Shown here in pieces: positions 48,733 through 57,368 of a DNA stretch of 64,000 nucleotides; position 1 is the first letter of the stretch; each line of letters begins with the position of its first letter. The DNA is taken from positions 11,798 through 75,797 of the forward strand of contig JADFXX010000008.1 of NCBI GenBank assembly GCA_015233335.1. Direction: 5' to 3'. This stretch comes from Candidatus Omnitrophota bacterium. Its GTDB lineage: Bacteria; Omnitrophota; Gorgyraeia; Zapsychrales; Fredricksoniimonadaceae. Below the pieces are notes generated by a model. That model was given only the letters and a program-made list of their open reading frames with translations. It was not told the DNA's origin and searched no databases. Both the position numbers and the translations under genes were made by a program.

Positions 48733-48911
48733 CTATTTGGGTTTAAGTTGTAAGGGAATCCCGAGCCGAGGGGCGAGGGATGGCTGAACTTGTCTGAGCT
48801 CTTTATTTCCAGAGAAATAAAGAGCGAGTTGTTCAGCCACCGCGACAACATAAGATTTTTGCCGTGAATAAAATGACCGTGATCTTTAAAAAACAAATTA
48901 AACCCAAATAG
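48733..48911 (-). mobile_element. Family-C element, copy 2 (inverted)
   Basis: 14-bp perfect arms; core homologous to copy 1 with compensatory changes. Confidence 0.75.
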
Positions 48912-48948
48912 CTGCTACTAAAGGGACAATTTTATAAAGGATAATTAT

Positions 48949-50475
48949 ATGAAAAACGACAAAGTTTTGATTTTCGATACAACTTTACGGGACGGAGAAC
49001 AAGCGCCGGGTGCGACGATGAGCGCTGAAGAAAAGTTGGAAATTGCTTTCTCTTTGGAGCGTTTAGGGGTTGACATCATTGAGGCGGGTTTTCCTGTATC
49101 TTCCAAAGGGGATTTTGACTCGGTGCAAAATGTGGCCCGCCATCTGAAGAATTCATGTGTCTGCGGTTTGGCGCGTTCAATCACCAAGGACATTGATGCG
49201 GTGATTGATGCGATCAAGCCGGCCCGGCATAGGCGCATCCATATTTTTTTAGCCACGTCCAAGATCCACCTGCAGCATAAATTAAAAAAGAGCCAGGATG
49301 AGATTGTGAAAATGGCTGTCGAATCAGTCAAATATGCCCGCAAGCGTATAGACAATATTGAATTTTCACCTGAAGATGCTTCTCGTACCGAAAAGACATT
49401 TTTGTACCGCATCTTAGAAGAGGTCATCAAGGCGGGTGCTACCACAGTCAACATCCCCGACACGGTCGGTTACAGCACTCCGCGGGAATATGGGGCTGTG
49501 ATTGCAGGGATCCGTAATAATGTTCCCAATATAGGCCGTTGTGTCATCTCAACCCATTGCCATGATGATTTGGGTTTAGGTGTCGCAAATTCGCTGAGCG
49601 GCGTCGAGAATGGGGCGCGTCAGGTGGAATGCACCATTAACGGTATCGGTGAGCGTGCGGGCAACGCCTCGATGGAAGAGGTTGTCATGGGCTTAAAAAC
49701 CCGTTGGGATTTTTACGGCTTGTCGACTAATATCAATACAAAAGAATTTTACCGCGCATCACGCCTGGTTTCAAAAGCTTCGGGATTTATAGTTCCGCCC
49801 AACAAGGCCGTTGTTGGCGCCAATGCCTTTCGTCACGAGTCAGGTATACATCAGGATGGAGTTTTAAAGGAACGGCGCACCTATGAAATTATGAACCCTG
49901 AGGATGTGGGTGTTCCTTCTCATGAGGGGTTGGTGTTAGGCAAACATTCCGGTCGGCATGCTTTTATAGACCGTTTGAAAAGATTAGGCATTGTGCTGTC
50001 TGAAACAGATGTGGCTTTAGCCTTTGTCCGTTTTAAGGATTTGGCGGATAAAAAGAAAGAAGTTTATGACGAGGATTTGTGGGCGTTGATCGAAGATGAA
50101 GGTCATCGTACGCATGTGGCCTACACCCTTGTTGATTTGATTTCAACCAGCGGCTCAAATATAGCGCCCAGGGTCGTTGTCACCTTGCAGTATAAAGGGA
50201 AAAAACAAACCAAAGAATCAACCGGCGACGGTCCGGTGGATGCCTGTTATAAGGCCATTGAGTCTTTGACCCAATTAAAGGTCAACTTGCTCGACTACAG
50301 CATTAAATCGGTCACCCAAGGGAAAGATGCGTTGGGTGAGGTGACGGTAAAAACTTCTATTGACGGACAGGCGTTTATCGGCCGGGCCGCCACGACCGAT
50401 ATCATAGAGGCTTCTGCTAAAGCCTATATCAACGCGATTAATAAATTTATGGCTCAGCAAAATCTAAAAAGATGA
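48949..50475 (+). CDS. leuA: 2-isopropylmalate synthase
   Basis: DTTLRDGEQ, HCHDDLG, GERAGN, HESGIHQDG, regulatory domain GDGPVDA. Confidence 0.93.
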   Translation: MKNDKVLIFDTTLRDGEQAPGATMSAEEKLEIAFSLERLGVDIIEAGFPVSSKGDFDSVQNVARHLKNSCVCGLARSITKDIDAVIDAIKPARHRRIHIFLATSKIHLQHKLKKSQDEIVKMAVESVKYARKRIDNIEFSPEDASRTEKTFLYRILEEVIKAGATTVNIPDTVGYSTPREYGAVIAGIRNNVPNIGRCVISTHCHDDLGLGVANSLSGVENGARQVECTINGIGERAGNASMEEVVMGLKTRWDFYGLSTNINTKEFYRASRLVSKASGFIVPPNKAVVGANAFRHESGIHQDGVLKERRTYEIMNPEDVGVPSHEGLVLGKHSGRHAFIDRLKRLGIVLSETDVALAFVRFKDLADKKKEVYDEDLWALIEDEGHRTHVAYTLVDLISTSGSNIAPRVVVTLQYKGKKQTKESTGDGPVDACYKAIESLTQLKVNLLDYSIKSVTQGKDALGEVTVKTSIDGQAFIGRAATTDIIEASAKAYINAINKFMAQQNLKR

Positions 50476-51350
50476 CGTACTACGAACCTCCGGCAATATA
50501 TGGGATTATTGGGTGCCCTGTTCATCACAGCCTTTCGCCTGTGATGCAAAATGCCGCTTTTCAAGTCTTGGACGTCAATGCGGTTTATAAGTTGTTTCCG
50601 CTCTCTGACACCGATGAGCTCAAACTTTTTATGGAAGATTTGAAAGAAGAGAATAATCCTATTTTCGGGCTTAATGTCACAGTTCCGTATAAAGAAAAAG
50701 TGATCCCTTTTCTTAACAGCGTAGACCCGTTGGCCCAAAAAATAGGGGCGGTTAATACCATAGTGATTGACCACAATCGAAGAATGCACGGGTTTAATAC
50801 CGACGGTCCCGGATTCTTGAGTCATTTGGAAGAATTGAAATTCGATCTTGATGGTAAAACTGTCGTAGTTTTAGGAGCAGGAGGCACGGCCCGTGCGATC
50901 ATAAGCGTGTTATGCCTTTTACCGAAGGGGCCCGGACGAATTATAATCCATAACAGAACCCGTGCCCATGCCGAGGCTTTATTAGAAGAAATTACTAACA
51001 AGATGAAAACAAATATTGTTGCGATCGCCCCTGACCTTCAGGGCTTGAATATAGCATCAGCAGATCTCCTCATCAATACGACGAATGTAGGGATGAAGAC
51101 AGGTGACCCGCTTTTAATTGATCCGGATTTAATACATGCCGACATGTTTGTGTATGATGTTATTTATAGTCCTTCTGAAACGGAATTCTTAAAAGCCGCA
51201 CGCAGGCAGGGGGCAAGAACGGCCAACGGTTTAGGAATGTTATTTTATCAGGGGGTTTTGGCCTTAAGCCATTGGTCAGGTGAAGAGTTAGATGAGGATG
51301 TTAAGAAAATAATGAGAAAAACATTGGAGGATGCCAGCCATGGATTTTAA
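50472..51350 (+). CDS. aroE: Shikimate dehydrogenase
   Basis: HSLSP, NVTVPYK, NTDG.G, GAGG.A. Confidence 0.93.
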   Translation: MTYYEPPAIYGIIGCPVHHSLSPVMQNAAFQVLDVNAVYKLFPLSDTDELKLFMEDLKEENNPIFGLNVTVPYKEKVIPFLNSVDPLAQKIGAVNTIVIDHNRRMHGFNTDGPGFLSHLEELKFDLDGKTVVVLGAGGTARAIISVLCLLPKGPGRIIIHNRTRAHAEALLEEITNKMKTNIVAIAPDLQGLNIASADLLINTTNVGMKTGDPLLIDPDLIHADMFVYDVIYSPSETEFLKAARRQGARTANGLGMLFYQGVLALSHWSGEELDEDVKKIMRKTLEDASHGF

Positions 51351-52140
51351 CGTTTTGTCAGGTCTTTTTTTCTTTGTGGTCGGTTCCATCACAGGAAGTT
51401 TCCTTAATGTATGTATTGTTCGTCTTCCTGTAGAGAAATCCATCGTATTTCCGGGGTCACATTGTGTATCCTGCGCGGCGCCGATCAAGTGGTACGACAA
51501 TATTCCTCTGATCAGCTGGATTGTTTTAAAAGGCCGCTGCCGGTCCTGTCAGGCTAGGATATCATTCCGGTACCTGTTGGTTGAGCTATTGACGGCTTTG
51601 ACATTCTTATTTTTCTTTAAATATTATGGCTGGCAGCTTGTCTTGTTTCCCTATCTGGTCATGGTCAGCGGTTTTATTGTCGCGATTTTTGTTGATTTCG
51701 CTTTTCGCATCATTCCCGACGAGGTCTCGATAGGAGGCATGATTGCGGGCCTTATTTTCAGCTTTTTTATTCCACAACTGCATGGCTGTCATTCTGCGTT
51801 TTTGGGTGCCGGGTATTCTCTTGTAGGTATCTTAGTGGGGGGAGGCTCCATTTATCTGATGGGTGCTTTAGGAGATTTTGTTTTCAAAAAAGAAACCATG
51901 GGAGGCGGAGATGTCAAACTCGTAGGAATGGTAGGGGCCTTTATGGGTTGGAAACTGGCGCTGTTGACTTTCTTTTTAGCACCGTTTTTTGGGGCAGTTT
52001 ATGGTATAATTGAAAAAATTCGTACCAAAGACAGCACGATCGCTTATGGGCCCTTTTTAATCATGGGGGCATTGGTCAGCTTATTCTGGGGGAATCAGAT
52101 CATTAATTTTATTCTTACAGGAGGCATATACCATCTATGA
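51331..52140 (+). CDS. pilD: Prepilin peptidase
   Basis: GSFLNVCIVRLP, two CxxC motifs, MGGGDVKL, GPFL. Confidence 0.92.
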   Translation: MPAMDFNVLSGLFFFVVGSITGSFLNVCIVRLPVEKSIVFPGSHCVSCAAPIKWYDNIPLISWIVLKGRCRSCQARISFRYLLVELLTALTFLFFFKYYGWQLVLFPYLVMVSGFIVAIFVDFAFRIIPDEVSIGGMIAGLIFSFFIPQLHGCHSAFLGAGYSLVGILVGGGSIYLMGALGDFVFKKETMGGGDVKLVGMVGAFMGWKLALLTFFLAPFFGAVYGIIEKIRTKDSTIAYGPFLIMGALVSLFWGNQIINFILTGGIYHL

Positions 52141-52487
52141 AAAATATCCTATTTGTCTTGTTTCTGTTATTTAATTGTCCGGTGTCCTGGGCGACACCTC
52201 CCACCAGCATCACTCAGACTTATGATCTAGATAAAGCTTCTTTACATGTTGATGCTGTCCATCCGTCAGACCTTTTAGACAAGAGTTATGTGCGCATGAT
52301 GACAGTGTCCCTAAATAACAAGCCCGTTCAAACATTTTATTATTATCGTCAGAAGGATCATGCGGGGTTTTCGGAGGATGTCTCGCTTAAGGCCAAAGTG
52401 GGTGATGTGATCAAGGTCGACCTGTTTTGTACACAGGGTGGCAGTTTATCGGATGAACTGACGGTCCCTGCGCCGGATAAAAAATAA
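52137..52487 (+). CDS. Small exported beta-rich protein
   Basis: Signal peptide ending SWA-T; translationally coupled (ATGA overlap). Confidence 0.7.
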   Translation: MKNILFVLFLLFNCPVSWATPPTSITQTYDLDKASLHVDAVHPSDLLDKSYVRMMTVSLNNKPVQTFYYYRQKDHAGFSEDVSLKAKVGDVIKVDLFCTQGGSLSDELTVPAPDKK

Positions 52488-52503
52488 CCATAGGGGATAA
52501 CAC

Positions 52504-52827
52504 ATGTTTTACTGTATTTTTGCTTTATTTTTAATATTTTCCGGCCCTGCATCAGCCCAGAATCTGGTTTCACCTCAGAGTGCCTCACTGGCTCAAAACA
52601 CATTGATCCAGAGCATTAGCATAGAGGGGTTTCTTTTGCAGGATAAAAACAGGTTTTTCAAATTATTTAAACCTTACCGCAATAAAAATCTCTCTAAAGT
52701 TGAAATGGATGCGATCCTTCAAAAGGTCCAGGATATCTATGATCAGGAGGGCTACCAGCAACTGGTGTCTATTACTTATTCTGTAAAAAAACATCGGTTG
52801 GTTTTTATGGTTTCCCTGACATCATAA
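52504..52827 (+). CDS. Exported stand-alone POTRA-like protein
   Basis: IQSISIEG...PY.NK.LS...LQ.VQDIY..EGY pattern; signal peptide ending ASA-Q. Confidence 0.6.
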   Translation: MFYCIFALFLIFSGPASAQNLVSPQSASLAQNTLIQSISIEGFLLQDKNRFFKLFKPYRNKNLSKVEMDAILQKVQDIYDQEGYQQLVSITYSVKKHRLVFMVSLTS

Positions 52828-53327
52828 TGAATAAGAATATTGTTCTGATTGGTTTTATGGGTTCGGGCAAATCCATGGTGGCTCAGGCTTTAAGTCAGCG
52901 GCTAAAGCGCGAATGTGTCGCGACAGACCATCTTATCGAAACGAGAGAAGGGCAGTCTATCGCCCGGATCTTTGAAAAAAAGGGACAATCCTATTTTCGT
53001 GATTTGGAACATCAGGTCATAGAAGAAATCAGTCAAAGATCGGAAATCGTTATCGACTGCGGCGGAGGAGTTGTCTTAAATCCAGAAAACTTGAAACTTT
53101 TAAAGACCAATGGTATTGTGTTTTATCTGCAAGCGTCCTTGGATGTGATCTATGCGCGTATCAGGAATGAAAGCCATCGACCATTGCTTTTGGTGCCCGA
53201 CCCCCTTAGGGCTTTAGAGCAGCTCTATCAACAAAGACTCCCCCTGTACAATCAGGCCGACTATACCATTGATGCCAATGATGCATCAATTGAAGGCCCG
53301 ATTGCCGAAATCCTCAAAAGAATATAA
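52827..53327 (+). CDS. aroK: Shikimate kinase
   Basis: GFMGSGKS, FRDLE, GGG, RPLL. Confidence 0.93.
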   Translation: MNKNIVLIGFMGSGKSMVAQALSQRLKRECVATDHLIETREGQSIARIFEKKGQSYFRDLEHQVIEEISQRSEIVIDCGGGVVLNPENLKLLKTNGIVFYLQASLDVIYARIRNESHRPLLLVPDPLRALEQLYQQRLPLYNQADYTIDANDASIEGPIAEILKRI

Positions 53328-53356
53328 CACACCATATGTGTTAAGGGGGGGGAATC

Positions 53357-54451
53357 ATGACTGAACAAGAGGCGTTGCTTGTTTTAAATGCCGTACCTGA
53401 TTTAGGGGCTATCCGGATCCGACGGCTTTTAGGATTTTTTAATAGTGCTTTGGGAGTTTTGCGGGCTTCTCTTGAAGAGTTGCAAGGATGCGGCATACTT
53501 GCCTTCCAGACTGCCGAAAATATATTCTACTTTTCTAAAGACAAATTCCTGCAAGACGAATATAATTTGATGCAACGCAAAGGGGTCGTTGTTCTGACCT
53601 GTGCTGATCAAAAATACCCGGTCTCTTTTAAAGAATTGGAAGATGCGCCGGCTGTTTTGTATGTCAAGGGTGATACGGAAGCCTTAAGTCAGATGTCAGT
53701 GGCGATCGTGGGCTCCAGAGCGGCAAGTTTTTATGGCTGCAGGTCCGCCAAGATATTTGCCGGGGCATTTGTTCGCTCGGGATTGATTGTTGTTTCAGGT
53801 TTGGCCCGCGGGATTGATACTGCCGCTCATCAGGGCAGTTTAGAGGCTGGCGGCAAAACTATTGCCGTGATCGGTTGTGGTTTTAACTATATGTACCCTA
53901 AGGAAAATTTATTGTTAATGGAGACGATCGCTCAACAAGGGGCCGTGGTTTCGGAATTTGCTTTTGCAACACCACCGTTAAAACAGAATTTTCCCTGGCG
54001 TAATAGGATCATCAGCGCCTTGAGCCGGGCGACTGTTGTCATTGAAGCCGGCAGGAAAAGCGGGGCCTTGATCACCGTTGATTATGCCATAGCCCAAAAT
54101 AAGGACGTGTTTGTCATACCTTCTAATATCGATAATGAAACAGCCATGGGCAGTAATCAGTTGATCCAGGAAGGGGCCCGTATGGCTTTGCATCCTGATG
54201 ATGTTTTATCCGCAATCAAACCGGGTTTTGTCCCGTTATCTTGCGATGATCGCCAACCATTGCTTTCTTTAACCGATGAACAGTTGAAAGTGTACCCCCA
54301 TATTAAGAATCAGCCGGTGCATTTGGATCAACTGGTCAGACAATCAGGTTTGAATATCAGCAGTCTTATGAATATTACCTTAAGCCTTGTATTAAAACGC
54401 GTGATCAGGCAATTGCCCGGTCAATATTATGTAAGGAATGAGCATGCCTAA
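53357..54451 (+). CDS. dprA: DNA-processing protein DprA
   Basis: AIVGSR, VSGLARGID, FP.RNRIIS. Confidence 0.93.
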   Translation: MTEQEALLVLNAVPDLGAIRIRRLLGFFNSALGVLRASLEELQGCGILAFQTAENIFYFSKDKFLQDEYNLMQRKGVVVLTCADQKYPVSFKELEDAPAVLYVKGDTEALSQMSVAIVGSRAASFYGCRSAKIFAGAFVRSGLIVVSGLARGIDTAAHQGSLEAGGKTIAVIGCGFNYMYPKENLLLMETIAQQGAVVSEFAFATPPLKQNFPWRNRIISALSRATVVIEAGRKSGALITVDYAIAQNKDVFVIPSNIDNETAMGSNQLIQEGARMALHPDDVLSAIKPGFVPLSCDDRQPLLSLTDEQLKVYPHIKNQPVHLDQLVRQSGLNISSLMNITLSLVLKRVIRQLPGQYYVRNEHA

Positions 54452-56405
54452 GATTTTAGTCATTGTTGAGTCGCCGGCCAAGGTAAAAACTATTAATAAG
54501 ATTTTAGGGCCAAAATATAAAGTCACGGCTTCTATGGGGCATTTGATCGATCTGCCTAAATCGACCATAGGGGTCGATGTGGACCATGGCTTCGCCGCTA
54601 AATTTATTGTGGTGCGTGATAAACAGAAGACCCTTATCAAATTAAAAAAAGAAGCCAAGGGGGTGGACGAAATTTTTATAGCGACCGACCCTGACCGCGA
54701 AGGAGAGGCTATCGGCTGGAATTTAATACAGCATATTGGTCAGGGTAAAAAGGTGTGCCGGGTTGTATTCCATGAAATTACCAAGGATGCGGTCAAGAAG
54801 GCTTTTGCGCATCCTCGGGAATTTAACCGCAAACTGGTAGATGCCCAGAATGCCCGGCGGGTATTGGACCGTATTGTGGGTTATCAGATTAGCCCTTTAC
54901 TGTGGAAAAAAGTCGGTTCACGTTTGAGTGCCGGCCGTGTACAGTCTGTTGCCCTGCGCTTGGTTGTTGAACGAGAGGAGGCGATCAGAAGTTTTGTTCC
55001 TCAGGAATATTGGCAAATTTCGGTTGATTTGCAAAAAAAGGGACTTCAGGAAATTTTGAATGCCAATCTGGAGCGTATTGACGGTGAAAAAATAGAACTT
55101 AAAAATGAGATATTGACCAATGATATCGTTCATGAAATTAAAAAAGAATCTTTTAAAATCAATGCCATTACCACCAAACAAGTCAAACGAAACGCTCCGC
55201 CGCCATTTATCACAAGTACCTTGCAGCAAGAGGCGTTCAGTAAGTTAGGGTTTAACACATCTAAAACTATGATGATTGCCCAACAGCTTTATGAAGGCGT
55301 TGAAATCGGTGATGAGGAGCCTGAAGGTTTGATCACGTATATGCGTACGGATTCCGTTAACATTGCCTTGGAGGCTATAGAAAAAGTTCGGGGATTGATC
55401 AAAAAAGAGTACGGCGCTGATTATTTACCCGCGGAGCCTAATCGTTTTAAATCTAAGAAAAGCGCTCAAGAAGCGCATGAGGCCATACGGCCCAGTGATG
55501 TTCATCGCAAACCTGCCGACGTCAAAAGATACTTAAGTGATGATCAATTTCAATTGTATGACCTTATTTGGAAGAGATTTATCAGCTGTCAGATGATGAA
55601 TGCTGTTTTTGAGCAGACTAAGATCGAAATTCTAAGCGGGCGTTTTCAATGGGGTGTTTCAGGTTCTATTTTGGCTTTTCCCGGATATTTGGCGATTTAT
55701 AAGGATCAGGAAGATCAGGACATTAAGCTTGATCCTTCTTTATATGCGCAGGGGGATAGCCTTCATTTAATTGCAATCAACCCCAGTCAGCATTTTACTA
55801 AACCTCCGGCAAGATACTCGGAAGCCAGTTTAGTCAAGGCCTTAGAAGAGCAAGGTATAGGACGGCCATCGACTTATGCCTCGATCATTCACACATTAGT
55901 CTACCGAAATTATGTGATGCGTGACCGTGGTTATTTTACAGCCACAGATTTGGGGATCAAGATTTGCCATTTGCTGGTAGAATATTTTAAGAAGATCATG
56001 GATATAGGTTTTACGGCAACCATGGAAGAGGAGTTAGACTCGATCGAAGACGGCACGAATGATTACGCCAAGGTGCTGGGTGATTTTTGGGGCCCTTTCA
56101 AGGAAGAATTAGATTTTGCTTCGGCCAATATTCAAAAGACCGAGGTGACTATAGAAAAACCGTGCCCCGAATGTGCCAGGCCCATGACGGTTAAATGGGG
56201 ACGCCGGGGACGTTTTATCAGCTGTACGGGTTTCCCTGAATGTAAGCATGCCGAACCATTTACGACTGGTATCAAATGTCCTCAGGAAAACTGCACCGGA
56301 GAGCTTGTTGAGCGCCGTTCCCATCGTTCCGCTGTTTTTTACGGTTGCAGCCGTTATCCGGATTGCAAGTTTATAGCTAATAAACTGCCGTCTGTCAGCC
56401 AATGA
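54438..56405 (+). CDS. topA: DNA topoisomerase I
   Basis: VESPAK, DPDREGE, SAGRVQS, ITYMRTDS, C-terminal Zn ribbons. Confidence 0.96.
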   Translation: MSMPKILVIVESPAKVKTINKILGPKYKVTASMGHLIDLPKSTIGVDVDHGFAAKFIVVRDKQKTLIKLKKEAKGVDEIFIATDPDREGEAIGWNLIQHIGQGKKVCRVVFHEITKDAVKKAFAHPREFNRKLVDAQNARRVLDRIVGYQISPLLWKKVGSRLSAGRVQSVALRLVVEREEAIRSFVPQEYWQISVDLQKKGLQEILNANLERIDGEKIELKNEILTNDIVHEIKKESFKINAITTKQVKRNAPPPFITSTLQQEAFSKLGFNTSKTMMIAQQLYEGVEIGDEEPEGLITYMRTDSVNIALEAIEKVRGLIKKEYGADYLPAEPNRFKSKKSAQEAHEAIRPSDVHRKPADVKRYLSDDQFQLYDLIWKRFISCQMMNAVFEQTKIEILSGRFQWGVSGSILAFPGYLAIYKDQEDQDIKLDPSLYAQGDSLHLIAINPSQHFTKPPARYSEASLVKALEEQGIGRPSTYASIIHTLVYRNYVMRDRGYFTATDLGIKICHLLVEYFKKIMDIGFTATMEEELDSIEDGTNDYAKVLGDFWGPFKEELDFASANIQKTEVTIEKPCPECARPMTVKWGRRGRFISCTGFPECKHAEPFTTGIKCPQENCTGELVERRSHRSAVFYGCSRYPDCKFIANKLPSVSQ

Positions 56406-57271
56406 ACAGCAATCTGCGCTATTTGGATAAGTTTTTTACCTATCTTGAAGTAGAGAAAAATTATTCCAAACACACCGCTTTAAATTACCGTATTGATCTG
56501 GAAGAATTTATGGTATTTCTTGAAAAAACTTCCTTTGAAGATGTGCGCTACTCTGATTTACGCCGGTTTTTGGCACAGCTTAAGGGCCGCAACTTAAAAC
56601 CTCGCACTCTGGCACGAAAACTTTCGAGCTTGCGTTCCTTTTTCAAATTTCTACAGCGCGAGAAAATCATTCAAGCCAACCCTGCCAAACTTCTTGTTAC
56701 TCCCAAGTTGGATAAGCCCTTGCCTCATTTTATGAGTGAAGAGGAGGCTGTCATAATCATCGAAGCCCCTAACAATAAAAAATCAGCTTCTTTGCGTGAC
56801 AGGGCTATTTTAGAAACTCTTTATTCGACAGGAATTCGGGTGAGCGAACTGGTGGGTCTTAATGTTGAGGATGTTGATTTTATAAGCAATATCATAAAAG
56901 TCATGGGTAAGGGAAAAAAAGAGCGTATGGTCCCTATAGGGGACAAAGCGTTAAATGCCCTAAAAGAGTATTTGGATCAATGTCAGAGGGACAACAAGTT
57001 TGTTTTTGTTAACAAAAACGGCACACGTTTAACCGACCGCAGTGTTCGTAACATCATTAACAAGTATATTCTGCAGCAGGCCGTAAGCCAGCACGTAAGT
57101 CCTCACATGTTCCGTCATTCCTTTGCCACACATCTTCTTAACCATGGCGCAGATTTACGTTCTGTACAGGAACTGTTAGGGCATGTTAATTTATCCACTA
57201 CTCAAATTTATACTCACCTAACAACCGAAAAACTGAAAAAAGTCTACGATCAAGCCCATCCCCGAGCGTAA
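56402..57271 (+). CDS. xerC: Tyrosine recombinase XerC
   Basis: RDRAILE, TGIRVSE, HMFRHSFATH, LGH...TTQIYTH; follows topA. Confidence 0.85.
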   Translation: MNSNLRYLDKFFTYLEVEKNYSKHTALNYRIDLEEFMVFLEKTSFEDVRYSDLRRFLAQLKGRNLKPRTLARKLSSLRSFFKFLQREKIIQANPAKLLVTPKLDKPLPHFMSEEEAVIIIEAPNNKKSASLRDRAILETLYSTGIRVSELVGLNVEDVDFISNIIKVMGKGKKERMVPIGDKALNALKEYLDQCQRDNKFVFVNKNGTRLTDRSVRNIINKYILQQAVSQHVSPHMFRHSFATHLLNHGADLRSVQELLGHVNLSTTQIYTHLTTEKLKKVYDQAHPRA

Positions 57272-57333
57272 TATATATAAAAGATTTAATTAGCATAGAA
57301 TGAAGCGCATATAGTAGTTCGTTCAAACTCATA

Positions 57334-57362
57334 TTGTTATTTAAATAACTAAACGTTATAAT
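57334..57362 (+). promoter_or_regulatory. Promoter for the waaA operon, probably leaderless
   Basis: TTGTTA-17-TATAAT, 6 nt before ATG 57369; no RBS. Confidence 0.6.
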
Positions 57363-57368
57363 ATTGAA

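Noticed and set aside
48428-48896. Two mutually homologous small ORFs (48428-48664 + and 48711-48896 -)
   Set aside because: Their similarity is explained by the inverted DNA element; the substitutions preserve base pairing rather than amino acids.
56402-57271. Tyrosine recombinase as a prophage or island integrase
   Set aside because: The dprA-topA-xerC context is the housekeeping arrangement; no mobile cargo or att duplication is seen.
57316-57346. dif/cer-like site downstream of xerC
   Set aside because: The arms match only partially, the spacing is 9 bp rather than 6 or 8, and the region is better explained as the waaA promoter.
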